A DNA stretch of 63,410 bases, the filler included, from Octopus bimaculoides (Eukaryota), in NCBI RefSeq assembly GCF_001194135.2. It is 7 parts of 6 records of this genome, joined end to end, with 100 filler letters (N's around TTAATTAATTAA, not from the genome) between each part and the next. Parts side by side here need not be neighbours in the genome. Positions count along the whole stretch, not along the records: positions 1 to 16,820 come from NC_069004.1; positions 16,921 to 21,313 come from NC_068983.1; positions 21,414 to 50,407 come from NC_068985.1; 4 more parts are not named here. One strand, given 5' to 3'. Positions within the stretch are counted from its first letter, which is position 1, and every line of letters begins with the position of its first letter. Both the position numbers and the translations under genes were made by a program. Below the pieces are notes generated by a model. It worked only from the letters and a program-made list of their open reading frames with translations. It had not been told where the DNA came from and ran no database searches. This document shows, piece after piece, positions 11,645-24,553 of the stretch.

Positions 11645-12602
11645 AGGTCATTAGAATGCCTTAAGAAGAAAATGTACAAGTTCTTTAAGAATAACGGACT
11701 AGAGATATCTATAGAGAATGAGCATTATGCAGTAAATTATCTAGATGCCAACCTTAATCTAGTCACTAATAAGATCCATCCATTCCATAAGTTGAATGAA
11801 AACCTAAAGTATATTAGTTCTTTAAGTAACCATCCTAGATCAGTTAAAGAAGCTTTAATAGATAATATAGGCAAAACAATATCTATGCTATCCTCAGATT
11901 ATGACACTTTTAATAAACATGCCCCATATTATATTAAGGCATTAAAAGAAGCAGGATACACTTCTAATATAAAATTCTTTAATTATTATGAACACATTCA
12001 TAATAATAATAATAATATAACAAGTATTCCTAATAAAACTAATAATAAATCTAACAGTAAAAATATGAATAATAATAAAAGAAAATATAACAAACTAAAT
12101 AAAGAAATATAGTTGTTATTAATGATTACAATAATAATAGTAATATTGATAATGAGAATATGAGCAATAGTAAGAAACATAGTAAAGTATACAAGAAGAG
12201 ATATAATGTACAACAATTTAACAATTTTAAAACAAAAATTTAATACTGATGATGTCTAATAATGATAATATAAAAACATTTGTTTAAATAAAAAGGATAT
12301 TATATGGTTAGTTATTCCGTATGGGGGCTCAAGTGATGACTGAGACACTTCAAATTGTAAAAATGGTTTTTAAAAAGGACAACAGTTATTCAAATATATC
12401 TTCTAATAAAGCCATAAGAGTGGAATACTCAACATTGAGCAATGTAGGTCATATCATTTCCTATATAAATAATAAGAAATTAAATAATTATTATAATAGC
12501 ATAATAAATAATAGCTCTAGCAATAACATAACCAATAGTGATAGAAGTCTTAATCAACATATAGAAAATGCTCATGTCGTGATAAGACTAAATGTAAGTT
12601 CT
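11645..12602 (+). mobile_element. Naiad PLE RT thumb and linker contig, probably misplaced (fits the 10195-11101 gap)
   Basis: The first 60 nt duplicate 10135-10194 and the last about 200 nt duplicate 11102-11302. Encodes YLDANLNL...SNHPRSVKEAL...APYYIKALKEAGY. Confidence 0.85.
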
Positions 12603-13164
12603 NNNNNNNNNNNNNNNNNNNNNNNNNNNNNNNNNNNNNNNNNNNNNNNNNNNNNNNNNNNNNNNNNNNNNNNNNNNNNNNNNNNNNNNNNNNNNNNNNN
12701 NNNNNNNNNNNNNNNNNNNNNNNNNNNNNNNNNNNNNNNNNNNNNNNNNNNNNNNNNNNNNNNNNNNNNNNNNNNNNNNNNNNNNNNNNNNNNNNNNNNN
12801 NNNNNNNNNNNNNNNNNNNNNNNNNNNNNNNNNNNNNNNNNNNNNNNNNNNNNNNNNNNNNNNNNNNNNNNNNNNNNNNNNNNNNNNNNNNNNNNNNNNN
12901 NNNNNNNNNNNNNNNNNNNNNNNNNNNNNNNNNNNNNNNNNNNNNNNNNNNNNNNNNNNNNNNNNNNNNNNNNNNNNNNNNNNNNNNNNNNNNNNNNNNN
13001 NNNNNNNNNNNNNNNNNNNNNNNNNNNNNNNNNNNNNNNNNNNNNNNNNNNNNNNNNNNNNNNNNNNNNNNNNNNNNNNNNNNNNNNNNNNNNNNNNNNN
13101 NNNNNNNNNNNNNNNNNNNNNNNNNNNNNNNNNNNNNNNNNNNNNNNNNNNNNNNNNNNNNNNN

Positions 13165-13165
<1 letters not shown>

Positions 13166-13202
<37 letters not shown>

Positions 13203-13440
13203 ATGTGTGTGTGTGTGTGTATGTTTGTGTGTCTGTGTTTGTCCCCACAACATCGCCTGACAACCGATGCTGGTGTGTTTACGTCCCCGTAACTTAGCTG
13301 TTTGGCAAAAGAGACCGATAGAATAAGTACTAGGCTTCCAAAGAATATGTCCTGGTGTCGATCTGCTCGACTAAAGGCGGTGCTCCAGCATGGCCGCAGT
13401 CAAATGACTGAAACAAGTAAAAGAGTAAAAGAGTAAAGAG
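13166..13440 (+). mobile_element. SINE family A, 3' part
   Basis: (TG)n followed by ...tgacaaccgatgctggtgtgtttacgtccccgtaacttagc...ggccgcagtcaaatgactgaaacaagtaaaagagtaaaagag. Confidence 0.9.
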
Positions 13441-14078
13441 TATAACAGAATTTATGAAACTACTACAGTCTAGAGATGAATTACTAAATATATATGATGA
13501 ACGTGGAGTAGGCACCGAAGTAATTTTACCTTCAATAAAATGAAGTACTGAATCCCCACCCCTGAATCAAATATCCACACAATTTTATTTCTACAGCACT
13601 TGAATAGACTTTATAAATAAACAAATAATTTAAATAAATAAATGAATTAAATATTACTAAAATTATATAATAACAAATTATATATATCTCCCAACATAGG
13701 TAAATTGAAGATAATAATAAATAAATAAAATCTGGAGTCAACATTAACTTCGACCATTGTTCTTCCTTCGTCTTCATCAACATCATCTACATAACCCGTT
13801 ACATTTTAATAACAACTGCGTTACACTTGACTTCTCGACGTAAAGATACATTAATCGTAAAAAATACATTTACATCAACCGTTACAATTGGTAACCACCG
13901 ACAGTAACATCTATCGTTACATATATATACATATATGCATATATACGTATTTATATCTGTATTAGTGCATGGGTGTATATTTAGATTTGTATATTTAAAT
14001 AGGCCTGTGTGCTTGCATTTATATTGTCCTGTATATGTATGTATGCATTTATATGTAAAAAGTAGACATGTGAATATG

Positions 14079-14112
<34 letters not shown>

Positions 14113-14344
14113 TATATGTATATATTTATCCATTGTTATATATNNNNNNNNNNNNNNNNNNNNNNNNNNNNNNNNNNNNNNNNNNNNNNNNNNNNNNNNN
14201 NNNNNNNNNNNNNNNNNNNNNNNNNNNNNNNNNNNNNNNNNNNNNNNNNNNNNNNNNNNNNNNNNNNNNNNNNNNNNNNNNNNNNNNNNNNNNNNNNNNN
14301 NNNNNNNNNNNNNNNNNTGTGTATGGGTGTCTGTGCAGATTAAT

Positions 14345-14905
14345 CTAACAGAAGGTTTACTTACGAAGTCATGTGAAGATTGATTCGAGGAGTTCTTGGT
14401 AGGTGAAGTTCTATTTTGTCATCTAATTTGAGGGATTTCACAATATGTCCCTGTTTCTTAATATTCGTTAGGTCTGCATTTTGTGCTATTCTATAATCGT
14501 TGTGAAGTTCTAGGATGAGGTTGATATAGTTTTTAGATCCAGACAATAGAAGTTTCCAGTTTATCAACAGGGACCAAGACCCCGGGTGCGTTCCGCAGAT
14601 CTTTAGCAATTCATTCAGTTTACAGAAGTAACTATTTCTTTTGAAAATATTCCTCTTGAATTTAATATTTCGGACGACGTTCAGTAGATCTTTTTCAAAG
14701 TCTTCCATGTGATGGTTATGAGAAGGGTTTCTTTCGGATTTAAATTCTTTTCTTTAAATCTTGCCATCAGAAAGAAGATCAAATGATTTAGTCTTCCAAT
14801 CAAAGTGGTAGGCTTTCTATTGCATTCGTCGTACAAAAGGGTTACATTTTATGGATGGGAAGCTTAGTGTATCTATCCTGTCGAATGCTAGGAAGATATT
14901 TCAAC
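14345..14905 (-). mobile_element. Second Naiad-type PLE, N-terminal ORF remnant
   Basis: The minus strand reads FVRRMQ*KAYHF...FKSERNPSHNHHMEDFEKDLLNVVRNIKFK...IVKSLKLDDKIE, matching the pre-RT region of Naiad ORFs (KRMRWKAYFF, FEKDL, LDDRIE). Confidence 0.7.
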
Positions 14906-14960
14906 GAAACATTTATATGTAGATTCTCCATCATTGTGAGTGAGTCACTTAAGTGCTCAG

Positions 14961-15258
14961 TTTTAACTGATTAAATTGTATATAGAGAGCTTTTGTGAAT
15001 TAACATTGATAGGTGTGAAAACTAGGAAGAATGTCTGAGGAAAAATACCCAGGTTTCATTATGTATAGGTTTATTCATAATGCAACATGACCATCGATGT
15101 TTCAACCAGAATGCTGGCTGCGCCTCGTCAGAAAACTTCTCTGATGAGGCTTCGCAGACAAACAACGATAACTATGATGTAAGAATATGAATAAACCTAT
15201 TTATAAATACTGTGTTGGATACTGAATATATATTGACTTAAACGTTTACTAGATCGGA

Positions 15259-15323
<65 letters not shown>

Positions 15324-15532
15324 GCATGCGCGCACGTTAATAGATGGATGTATGCGCGTACTCTTCAGGATATTACTGCATTTCTTATTCCAAGACAAGT
15401 GATTTTTTTTTCGCTTCAAGCATTCCTAACCCTGGCTCGTTTTAATTGATTAAACTGCATATAGAGAACTTTTGTGAATTAATATTAATAGGTATGAATA
15501 CTAGGAAGACTGTCCGAGGAAAAATACCCAGG
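14961..15532. repeat. Diverged direct repeat of about 93 bp (14961-15053 and 15440-15532)
   Basis: ttttaa.tgattaaa.tg.atatagaga.cttttgtgaattaa.att.ataggt.tgaa.actaggaaga.tgtc.gaggaaaaatacccagg is present in both copies. Confidence 0.85.
15065..15200 (-). ncRNA. Degenerate type I hammerhead-like motif inside a 15-bp inverted repeat, upstream of the second Naiad ORF
   Basis: The minus strand reads CTGACGA-ggcgc-AGCCAG-catt-CTGGTT-GAAAC-ATCGAT-GGTC. Perfect IR at 15065-15079 and 15186-15200. Stem I does not pair. Confidence 0.35.
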
Positions 15533-16665
15533 GTTAGTGTGTGTGCGCGCTGAATATGCTTGCATGAGTGTGTATCTGCATAGGATTTACTATGTATATA
15601 TGTGCGTGTATCTATAAATGCAAGTATGTGTATGTATGTGTATTTATGTACATATATATGCATGTATAACTGTCTATAGGTATATATATATATTCATATG
15701 CATACATTTGTATGTATGTGTATTTATATTGTGAGTATATGTATGCATGTGTTTTGTGCGTACTTATATGTGTGTATTTTACTTGTGTGTGTTTGTGTTT
15801 ATATGTGTGTGTGTTATTGTTTGTTTCCTTGTGGTCTGTATGTATATTAATAGGTATAAGAGTATACAAATGGGTGAGTGTAGTTACGTATGTTTTAGTA
15901 TATTAATACTTCTATCCATGTGCTTCTATATCGGTGTTAGTATTGTTTTACTTTCACTGCAGTTCATTGTGGCAGAAAGTATTTTAAGGTGTGGTTAGAA
16001 ATGTGATAGAAATTAAACTCCGTAAGCTTTTATGTGTGGTCTTTTGCCCTTTTAATCCTATTTAAAAATTACTGTTGTTCGATACTACCTCTTAGTTTAG
16101 TTTTCATATACCTAGCTCTCTGTTCCCTATTTATATCGTATTTTTATATGAACTTTTATATGCTTTTTAAAGTTATTTTTTTATATTTACTTGAACTACC
16201 TTACTTCCTTTTCTTATCCCTTCCAACATGAAGGATGGTCAATTCACTGAACTTAAATCTAGCACCTTAAGTATTAGGAAGCACACCAAGTTAATTTTAC
16301 TGACCACACCAAGCTAATTTCATCTTGTCATTGCATTGTAAATATAAAGAAAAGAATTTGTATGTATACTTAGAGTTGAATCATTGGTGTAACTATGATG
16401 TCCTGGTGATCTGATGAGCCACCTTTCTTTATCTGCATTGATTTGGGAATATACACTTGTACTGCATAATGCGTAACATGCATATTACTGCATAATTTAT
16501 TATACACTGAAATTTTTATTACATGAAAAAGACTGCAAAACGGCCGTAATCCTAAGGATGATAAGCGGTTAAATGTATTCACCTCTCATACCTCCTGACT
16601 TTTTATGGGGTGTGTTTGTGTGTTTGTGTGTGTGTGTGTGTGTATGTATATATATATATATATAT

Positions 16666-16705
16666 TCTAGCAACTAAACCCGGTTTCACCCGGTCTGTTT
16701 GGATG
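16666..16705 (+). mobile_element. Possible non-autonomous Helitron 5' end
   Basis: tctagcaactaaacccggtttcacccggtc resembles the (T/A)CTAG..CCCGG..CCCGG start of invertebrate Helitron-N elements. It is truncated by the gap. Confidence 0.3.
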
Positions 16706-16927
16706 ATGTGGCTGTGATTGTTTTCGGTTAGGCATAATCTATAACAGCGTTTCTCAACCTGATCATTTCGTGTCCCGTTTCGATTGGAGCCTCCAGCTGT
16801 ATGAAGATTTCACCCCCTCCNNNNNNNNNNNNNNNNNNNNNNNNNNNNNNNNNNNNNNNNNNNNTTAATTAATTAANNNNNNNNNNNNNNNNNNNNNNNN
16901 NNNNNNNNNNNNNNNNNNNNTATATAT

Positions 16928-17070
16928 ATGACGGGTTTCCACAAGTATTTCGTCTACCAAATTCAACGGGGATATAGTAGAAGACAATCGCCCAAAGTGT
17001 CGTTCTATGAGACAGGTCTCGAAACTAGGTAGTTACAAAGCAAGGATCTTAACCACACAGCCATGCTTGC
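16928..17070 (-). mobile_element. SINE family A, degenerate 5' half
   Basis: gacggg..tcgtctaccaaat...tagtagaagaca...cttaaccacacagccatgc. Confidence 0.7.
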
Positions 17071-17426
17071 AGCTTAATCACCATATATTCTGCGTTACTG
17101 ATAGATTAATATTATTTTAAAGAGGAAACTGTCATTTGCTGTCACTTATTAACGCAATAGCTATATTTTTCTTCTCTTATCCAAGTACTGAGTTCTTTAT
17201 AAAATAATGTTTACTCCAGGTATGACATATGCTAATATATGCATTGCAGTTCTTATGGCATTAAATATGTACATACATACATACATACATACACACACAC
17301 ACATACATACATACATACATACATACTTACACACATACATACATACATACATACATACTTATATGTACGTGTGTTTATATATATATGTATTATGTATGTT
17401 TATATATACACGCGCGCGCGCACACA

Positions 17427-17490
<64 letters not shown>

Positions 17491-17804
17491 CATACATACA
17501 TATATGTATATATACAGACATTTACACGCTTATATACATCTGCACAGATGTATATACATCATACATGCACAAACACTTACGCACACTTATACATAATCAG
17601 ATAGACACAGACACACACATGTCTGTCCATATGTGGATACACACGTACATACATATCACAATATTAATGAGTAGTGACAGGCGAAGTTAGAAATATATGT
17701 CTTTGCTATTCTATTCAAGAAACTAGAAATACACGATGAAATATATTTGTCCATTGTGAGAAGCCATGTTTGTATACGTCCTTACAAGTGAGCAGGAAAA
17801 AAAT

Positions 17805-17806
17805 TA

Positions 17807-17852
<46 letters not shown>

Positions 17853-17952
17853 TGCCTAAAACACTTGGTAATGATGAAAAAGAAACATTTTAGACATTAT
17901 AATAGATGCTATTTCTCAGAAATATATGAAGAAAATAATAATAAATGTACAT

Positions 17953-18015
<63 letters not shown>

Positions 18016-18031
18016 ATACTACTACTACTAT

Positions 18032-18063
<32 letters not shown>

Positions 18064-18108
18064 ATAATAATAATAATAATAAAAATAATAATAATACTAA
18101 TACTAATG

Positions 18109-18147
<39 letters not shown>

Positions 18148-18191
18148 TAACAATAATACTAATGATGATGATGATGATAATAATGATAATA
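17805..18191. repeat. Compound (TAA)n/(TAC)n/(GAT)n microsatellite
   Basis: Directly visible trinucleotide runs. This is the source of the spurious poly-T/N/L/I ORFs. Confidence 0.95.
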
Positions 18192-19039
18192 NNNNNNNNN
18201 NNNNNNNNNNNNNNNNNNNNNNNNNNNNNNNNNNNNNNNNNNNNNNNNNNNNNNNNNNNNNNNNNNNNNNNNNNNNNNNNNNNNNNNNNNNNNNNNNNNN
18301 NNNNNNNNNNNNNNNNNNNNNNNNNNNNNNNNNNNNNNNNNNNNNNNNNNNNNNNNNNNNNNNNNNNNNNNNNNNNNNNNNNNNNNNNNNNNNNNNNNNN
18401 NNNNNNNNNNNNNNNNNNNNNNNNNNNNNNNNNNNNNNNNNNNNNNNNNNNNNNNNNNNNNNNNNNNNNNNNNNNNNNNNNNNNNNNNNNNNNNNNNNNN
18501 NNNNNNNNNNNNNNNNNNNNNNNNNNNNNNNNNNNNNNNNNNNNNNNNNNNNNNNNNNNNNNNNNNNNNNNNNNNNNNNNNNNNNNNNNNNNNNNNNNNN
18601 NNNNNNNNNNNNNNNNNNNNNNNNNNNNNNNNNNNNNNNNNNNNNNNNNNNNNNNNNNNNNNNNNNNNNNNNNNNNNNNNNNNNNNNNNNNNNNNNNNNN
18701 NNNNNNNNNNNNNNNNNNNNNNNNNNNNNNNNNNNNNNNNNNNNNNNNNNNNNNNNNNNNNNNNNNNNNNNNNNNNNNNNNNNNNNNNNNNNNNNNNNNN
18801 NNNNNNNNNNNNNNNNNNNNNNNNNNNATATAGCAATGAAGGAACTCAGTTGTCATCATTCATTAAATTTATTTAGCTTGACATCCATTCTAATGATTCC
18901 GGTATGTATATTATGTTGGCTTTGCATGAATTTCAAACGCTAAACTTGACATCAAGGTATATAACTACTTCTGTATGAGATATGCTATTTATTTATTTTT
19001 TTATTTTTTCCTGCTTTCTCATTTTGTTTTTACTAAAGT

Positions 19040-19530
19040 ATAATCAGAAAATATGCGCCGAGAAATGGATGCTAAACTTTCAAAGAGAATAAGGGCAGAA
19101 TGTGAAGCTAATGATTTAATAAAGGATATGCTCCAAGCGACACTAGGCAATATCAGACGTACCAGACTCTTCAATAGCACCATCCTATCTGCGCTCTTAG
19201 ACAAAACTGAAACCCGGACTACAACGAAGAGGATAAAGCATCGATTGGCTACGATGCAAATCGCCATGGAAAGATTAATTTGAAATGAGATACTTCGAGA
19301 AGTGAGCGGTCTGATCGCAGAGGACCAAAAGCATAATTCTATTGGGATAGACATGTCCAGTGGTGTCTAGTGCGTTGAGAGAGACCACTTGGACTTTGAA
19401 GGGCTCGACGATGATGGGAAGATGATCTAGTTAAGCAGTTTGGGACAAGATGGGAAAGAATGGTGCGATCAAGACAGAATTGGAAGTGCATTGTGACCAG
19501 CAGTGTATAACAGCATGTGACGGTCTGGTT
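19040..19530 (+). mobile_element. RTE-clade LINE 3' fragment
   Basis: Reads IRRTRLFNSTILSALLDKTETRTTTKRIKHRLATMQIAMER and ends with a GRPxxRWxDDL...DRxxW-like segment. Stops and frameshifts present. Confidence 0.75.
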
Positions 19531-21413
19531 GATGCTGTTTAACTGAACTAATTATTGGATAATTTTACCATATTTTTCCTCTACCATTACACCTCGATCT
19601 GTAGGAATCAGCCACAAAGTATCACATTTGTATCTAATCTTCTTTTTATTTAAACTCACATATGTATTCATCCTTACAAGCACGCATGCGCACACACACA
19701 CGCACGACACACACACACACACACACGCATATATATACATATATATAACCTGGTTCAACCAGAAACGACGAAAGTAGCATTAACTTTTATGTAGTTCAAT
19801 TTTTCTCAACCGATCAATGTGCCAATTGGGTAAACCTATCAATAACGAACCCAAAATGATTACTGAAACAGCTGTAAGTCAAATTAAATACAATAAAGAA
19901 AAATATGCAATGACTATTAATTATAGTTGTCAGGTATACATACATACGTACATACATACGTAAACATATATATANNNNNNNNNNNNNNNNNNNNNNNNNN
20001 NNNNNNNNNNNNNNNNNNNNNNNNNNNNNNNNNNNNNNNNNNNNNNNNNNNNNNNNNNNNNNNNNNNNNNNNNNNNNNNNNNNNNNNNNNNNNNNNNNNN
20101 NNNNNNNNNNNNNNNNNNNNNNNNNNNNNNNNNNNNNNNNNNNNNNNNNNNNNNNNNNNNNNNNNNNNNNNNNNNNNNNNNNNNNNNNNNNNNNNNNNNN
20201 NNNNNNNNNNNNNNNNNNNNNNNNNNNNNNNNNNNNNNNNNNNNNNNNNNNNNNNNNNNNNNNNNNNNNNNNNNNNNNNNNNNNNNNNNNNNNNNNNNNN
20301 NNNNNNNNNNNNNNNNNNNNNNNNNNNNNNNNNNNNNNNNNNNNNNNNNNNNNNNNNNNNNNNNNNNNNNNNNNNNNNNNNNNNNNNNNNNNNNNNNNNN
20401 NNNNNNNNNNNNNNNNNNNNNNNNNNNNNNNNNNNNNNNNNNNNNNNNNNNNNNNNNNNNNNNNNNNNNNNNNNNNNNNNNNNNNNNNNNNNNNNNNNNN
20501 NNNNNNNNNNNNNNNNNNNNNNNNNNNNNNNNNNNNNNNNNNNNNNNNNNNNNNNNNNNNNNNNNNNNNNNNNNNNNNNNNNNNNNNNNNNNNNNNNNNN
20601 NNNNNNNNNNNNNNNNNNNNNNNNNNNNNNNNNNNNNNNNNNNNNNNNNNNNNNNNNNNNNNNNNNNNNNNNNNNNNNNNNNNNNNNNNNNNNNNNNNNN
20701 NNNNNNNNNNNNNNNNNNNNNNNNNNNNNNNNNNNNNNNNNNNNNNNNNNNNNNNNNNNNNNNNNTCTGTCACAGACTGTGCACACAAAAAGGTCCTTGT
20801 CATTCACCTTCTCAATCTTTACATTTTTCCTTAAATATCTCTTGATATATATATATATATATTGATATATATATATATATATATTGATATATATATATAT
20901 ATTGATATATATATATATAAACATAAATAATGACTGAATACTATATACAACGACGTATTGCTAATAACAGCATGCCGTATAATCGAAGCAAACAAAACGG
21001 AGTACACTGAATGAGGTATCTTCCTGAAAACAAGAAACCGGGCGAAATGCACCTGCACGGGAGATGCAACACAACCAGTTGTATGATATCCTAACCGCAA
21101 GGTGTGTGTGTGTGAGTGTGTGTGTGTGTTTGTCTGTGAAATTCGACAAGGGGAATATCTACAACTTTCTACGTCAATAAATCACTAATGTTTCTGAAAG
21201 TTTTTTTCTTTATACCTTCCACAGACTGTTCAAACTTTACTAACTTTCTACACATCGATCCATGGATCTTACCTTTACGCACACGCACACATGCATATAT
21301 ATATATATATATANNNNNNNNNNNNNNNNNNNNNNNNNNNNNNNNNNNNNNNNNNNNTTAATTAATTAANNNNNNNNNNNNNNNNNNNNNNNNNNNNNNN
21401 NNNNNNNNNNNNN

Positions 21414-21588
21414 AAAAGCACCCACTACACTCTCTGAGTGGTTGGCGTTAGGAAGGGCATCCAGCTGTAGAAACTCTGCCAAATTAGATTAGAGCCTGGT
21501 GTTGCCATCCAGTTTCACCAGTCCTCAATCAAATCGTCCAACCCATGCTAGCATGGAAAGTGGACGTTAAACGATGATGATGATGATA
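21414..21588 (+). mobile_element. SINE family C with an RTE-type 3' tail
   Basis: aaaagcacccactacactct.tgagtggttggcgttaggaagggcatccagc...aacccatgctagcatggaaagtggacgttaaacgatgatgat. Homologous to 33600-33778 and to 57925-58130 (reverse complement). Confidence 0.85.
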
Positions 21589-21589
21589 T

Positions 21590-21850
21590 ATACGACAGAC
21601 TTCTTTCTGCTTCCATCTATCAAATCCACTCACAAGGCTTTGGTTGGCCCGAGGCTATAGTAGAAGACACTTGCTCGTGGAGAGACTGAACCCAAAACCA
21701 TGTGGTTGGTAAGCAAGCTACTTACTGCACAGCCACCCCTATGCCTATGGTCAACCTAAGGCTAAAGTAGAAGACACTTGCCTGTGGAACTGAACCCAGA
21801 ACCATGTGGTTGGTAACCAAGCTACTTATCACACAGCCACTCCTGCACCT
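21590..21850 (-). mobile_element. SINE family A with a tandemly duplicated head
   Basis: Two successive copies of ...agtagaagacacttg...gaacccagaaccatgtggttggtaa.caagctactta..cacagccac. Confidence 0.8.
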
Positions 21851-22695
21851 GTAGGTTTTACTAGCGATTAAAAAGGAAGAAAACGTAAAGTGTGAAAGGC
21901 ATATTCACAAAGAGGATAAAAGATTTGAGAGACATCATACAAAACATGAATGTACATATTAAGATTTTAAAATTGCATGTATTTACATGGTAATAAGTAA
22001 TAAAAAAAGTATGATAAAACACAACAATAAAAACAAGATATGATTAAAAGGAAATGAAACGTGAAAAATTACTATTTGGGTTAAGGGGTAGGCTCTCCAT
22101 GACCCTATCAGCAAACCAGTTCTTGAATTGTGTACAAGTGCATCCAAATGCACCAGTAAGCATCTTTTGAGACATTGGGTGTTGAAAATACCCGATATCT
22201 TTGAAATATGTTCTTTTGAGTTTGTTCTAATGTCTTTGTTTTATATTTACTAATATTCTACCTTTTGCATGTTGTTTATATTCTGAATCTAACTGTTTTT
22301 GTGTCATTATAACTATAGCACCACAGATGCATAATTTTGTCTTTTCATTACCTGTTTGATTTTTGAAAGACATTGAATTCTGGCTCATTTTCATCACCTG
22401 CATTTTCTATGTTATCTCCTTGAGGAGAGCAATCATTGCTATTTTGAGGAAATTGTTCTTCATTGACCATTTCAGATTTTATCTCAAGTCTTTTCCCTCT
22501 TCATGTTTTCATCAATAGTTTTGTATATTTTTATCTGAAATTATTATTTCTCCCTCACTGATGGAGTTCTGCTTCCCTTTTTTTTTGTTCAATCTTACCA
22601 TTTCTTCCAAGCCCCCCTCCCACACGCGCACACACACACACACACAAGCTACACTAGTGCTAATAGGCATTTTGTCTCACTATTGTTCCATTTCT

Positions 22696-23455
22696 AGGGT
22701 GGCAAGCTGACAAAATCGTTAGCATGCCGGACAAAATGCTTAATGGTATTTCATCTGCCATTATGTTCTGAGTTCAAATTCCGCCGAGGTTGACTTTGCC
22801 TTTCATCCTTTCAATTAAATAAGTACCAGTTACGTACTGAGGTCGATGTAATCGACTTAATCCTTTTGTCTGTCCTTGTTTGTCCCCTCTATGTTTAGCC
22901 CCCTGTGGGCAATAAAGAAATGAATATTCTTCCATTTCTGCCTAACATAAGCAGACGAAATGCTACTAAGCATTTTGCCTGGTGTGCTAATGATTCCGCT
23001 AGCTCACTACTTTAATAATAATAATAACAATAAGGATATTGGTTTCAAATTTTGGCACAAGGCCAGGAAGTTCAGGGGAGGGGTTAAGCCAATTACATCG
23101 TCCCTGGTGCTCAACTAATACTTATTTCATCAACCCAAAGGGATAAAAGGCAAAGTTGAACTTGGCAGAATTTGAACTCGGAATGTAAAGACAGAAGAAA
23201 TGCCGCTAATCATTTTGCCCTGTGTGCTAATGATTCTGCCAAATCACCACTTTAATAATAATAAGATTGATATTGGTTTCAAATTTTGGGACAAGGCCAG
23301 CAATTTCAGGGGAGAGGGCAGGTTGATTACATTGACCCCAAGAGAATGAAAAGCAAAGTCAACCTTGGTGGAATTTGAACACAGAATGTAAAGATAGATG
23401 AAATGCAGTTAAATGTTTTGCCTGGCACATTGGTCATTCTGCTAGCTCATTGCCA
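22696..23455. mobile_element. Cluster of SINE family B copies (one plus-strand copy, then three minus-strand copies)
   Basis: Family B consensus: ggcgagctggcagaatcgttagc...aaatgcttagcggtatttcgtc...ttctgagttcaaattccgccgaggtcgactttgcctttcatcctttcggggtcgataaa.taagtaccag. The copies are separated by (TAA)n. Confidence 0.85.
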
Positions 23456-23479
23456 TGATAATATTAATAATTATAATAA

Positions 23480-24080
23480 TAATAATAAATGCCCTGATGC
23501 AGTAATAAATGTCTTGAGGCAGTAATAAATGCTCTGATGCAGTACTAGGTACTGTCTCTCATGGCTTCTGATCTTAACTGATTGAAAGAGTTATTAATAT
23601 ATTTTTTCTTGGTGTAAAAGATGGGCTACACCAAATATTCTGCTCAGTAACACAGATTTGTTTGTCAGTTGTTTGACCTTAACCCCTTGTGCATGTCCCT
23701 TGGTGGCTGACAATACATGCATCTCTGATCACAAGCAGGAGTAGTGGGGGAGCATCATAACCATGTATTGAGAGGAATATATATGGAGTTTGAATAATTC
23801 ACCTCTGGAAATATGGGTGTTTCATTCAACATCCTTAAACAACCTTATTCAGAGACCTTTTGAGTGGGATGAGCTACTCAACCTGAAGAAAATACTAACT
23901 GGGTCCCACCTGCAGGGTGATGCGCTGTTTACCTTGATTTGAGATCACCATGTTGTGCACATATGGTTGTGATGCATGTGCCTGGTGTACCCTTATCAGA
24001 TGGGTAGTCATGATGGGTATAATGGGCTTCATATATATGTGCCCCATTGTCACTTTGATGGTATGCACTGCTCTCTCACT
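23480..24080 (+). mobile_element. Non-coding interspersed repeat, probably a LINE 3' UTR or SINE-like element
   Basis: The last about 75 nt (gtagtcatgatgggtata...ctttgatggtatgcactgctctctcac) recur reverse-complemented at about 50570-50650. It ends in (TAA)n. Confidence 0.55.
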
Positions 24081-24103
24081 CAATAATAATAATAAAAGTA
24101 GTA

Positions 24104-24139
<36 letters not shown>

Positions 24140-24521
24140 TTTTACTAGGTCAGTAATAAAATATATGTTAAGACAAGTATCAATGGACATGATGATAATA
24201 AAAATAATAGTAATAATAATGATATTTTATTAGGTCAGTAATAAGATGTTTGTTGGACATGATGATGAATAAATAAATGAAGATGATGATGCTGATGATG
24301 ACGACAATGATGATGATACTGATAACAATGACAACAACAACCATGATGACAATGATGATGACTATCATGGTGATAAGTGTGTTCATGATATTAGTAATAA
24401 GAAATATATATAATAGGGATATGAGATAAAGAGCTAGATAAATAGATGGAGGGATAAGTTGACAGATGAATAAATTGATAGATAAACAGAAAGAATTATG
24501 ATATGACACTGTATGTGTGTG

Positions 24522-24553
<32 letters not shown>

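Noticed and set aside
16865-16876. TTAATTAATTAA islands inside N runs (also 21358, 50452, 57056, 59258, 62338)
   Set aside because: An identical 12-mer sits centred in N padding each time and gives stops in all six frames. It is an artificial contig-join spacer, not biology.
20765-20845. FVCTVCDR as a C2H2 zinc-finger gene exon
   Set aside because: It is truncated by a gap and flanked by (TA)n. It is equally consistent with the zinc-finger-like C-terminus of RTE LINEs.
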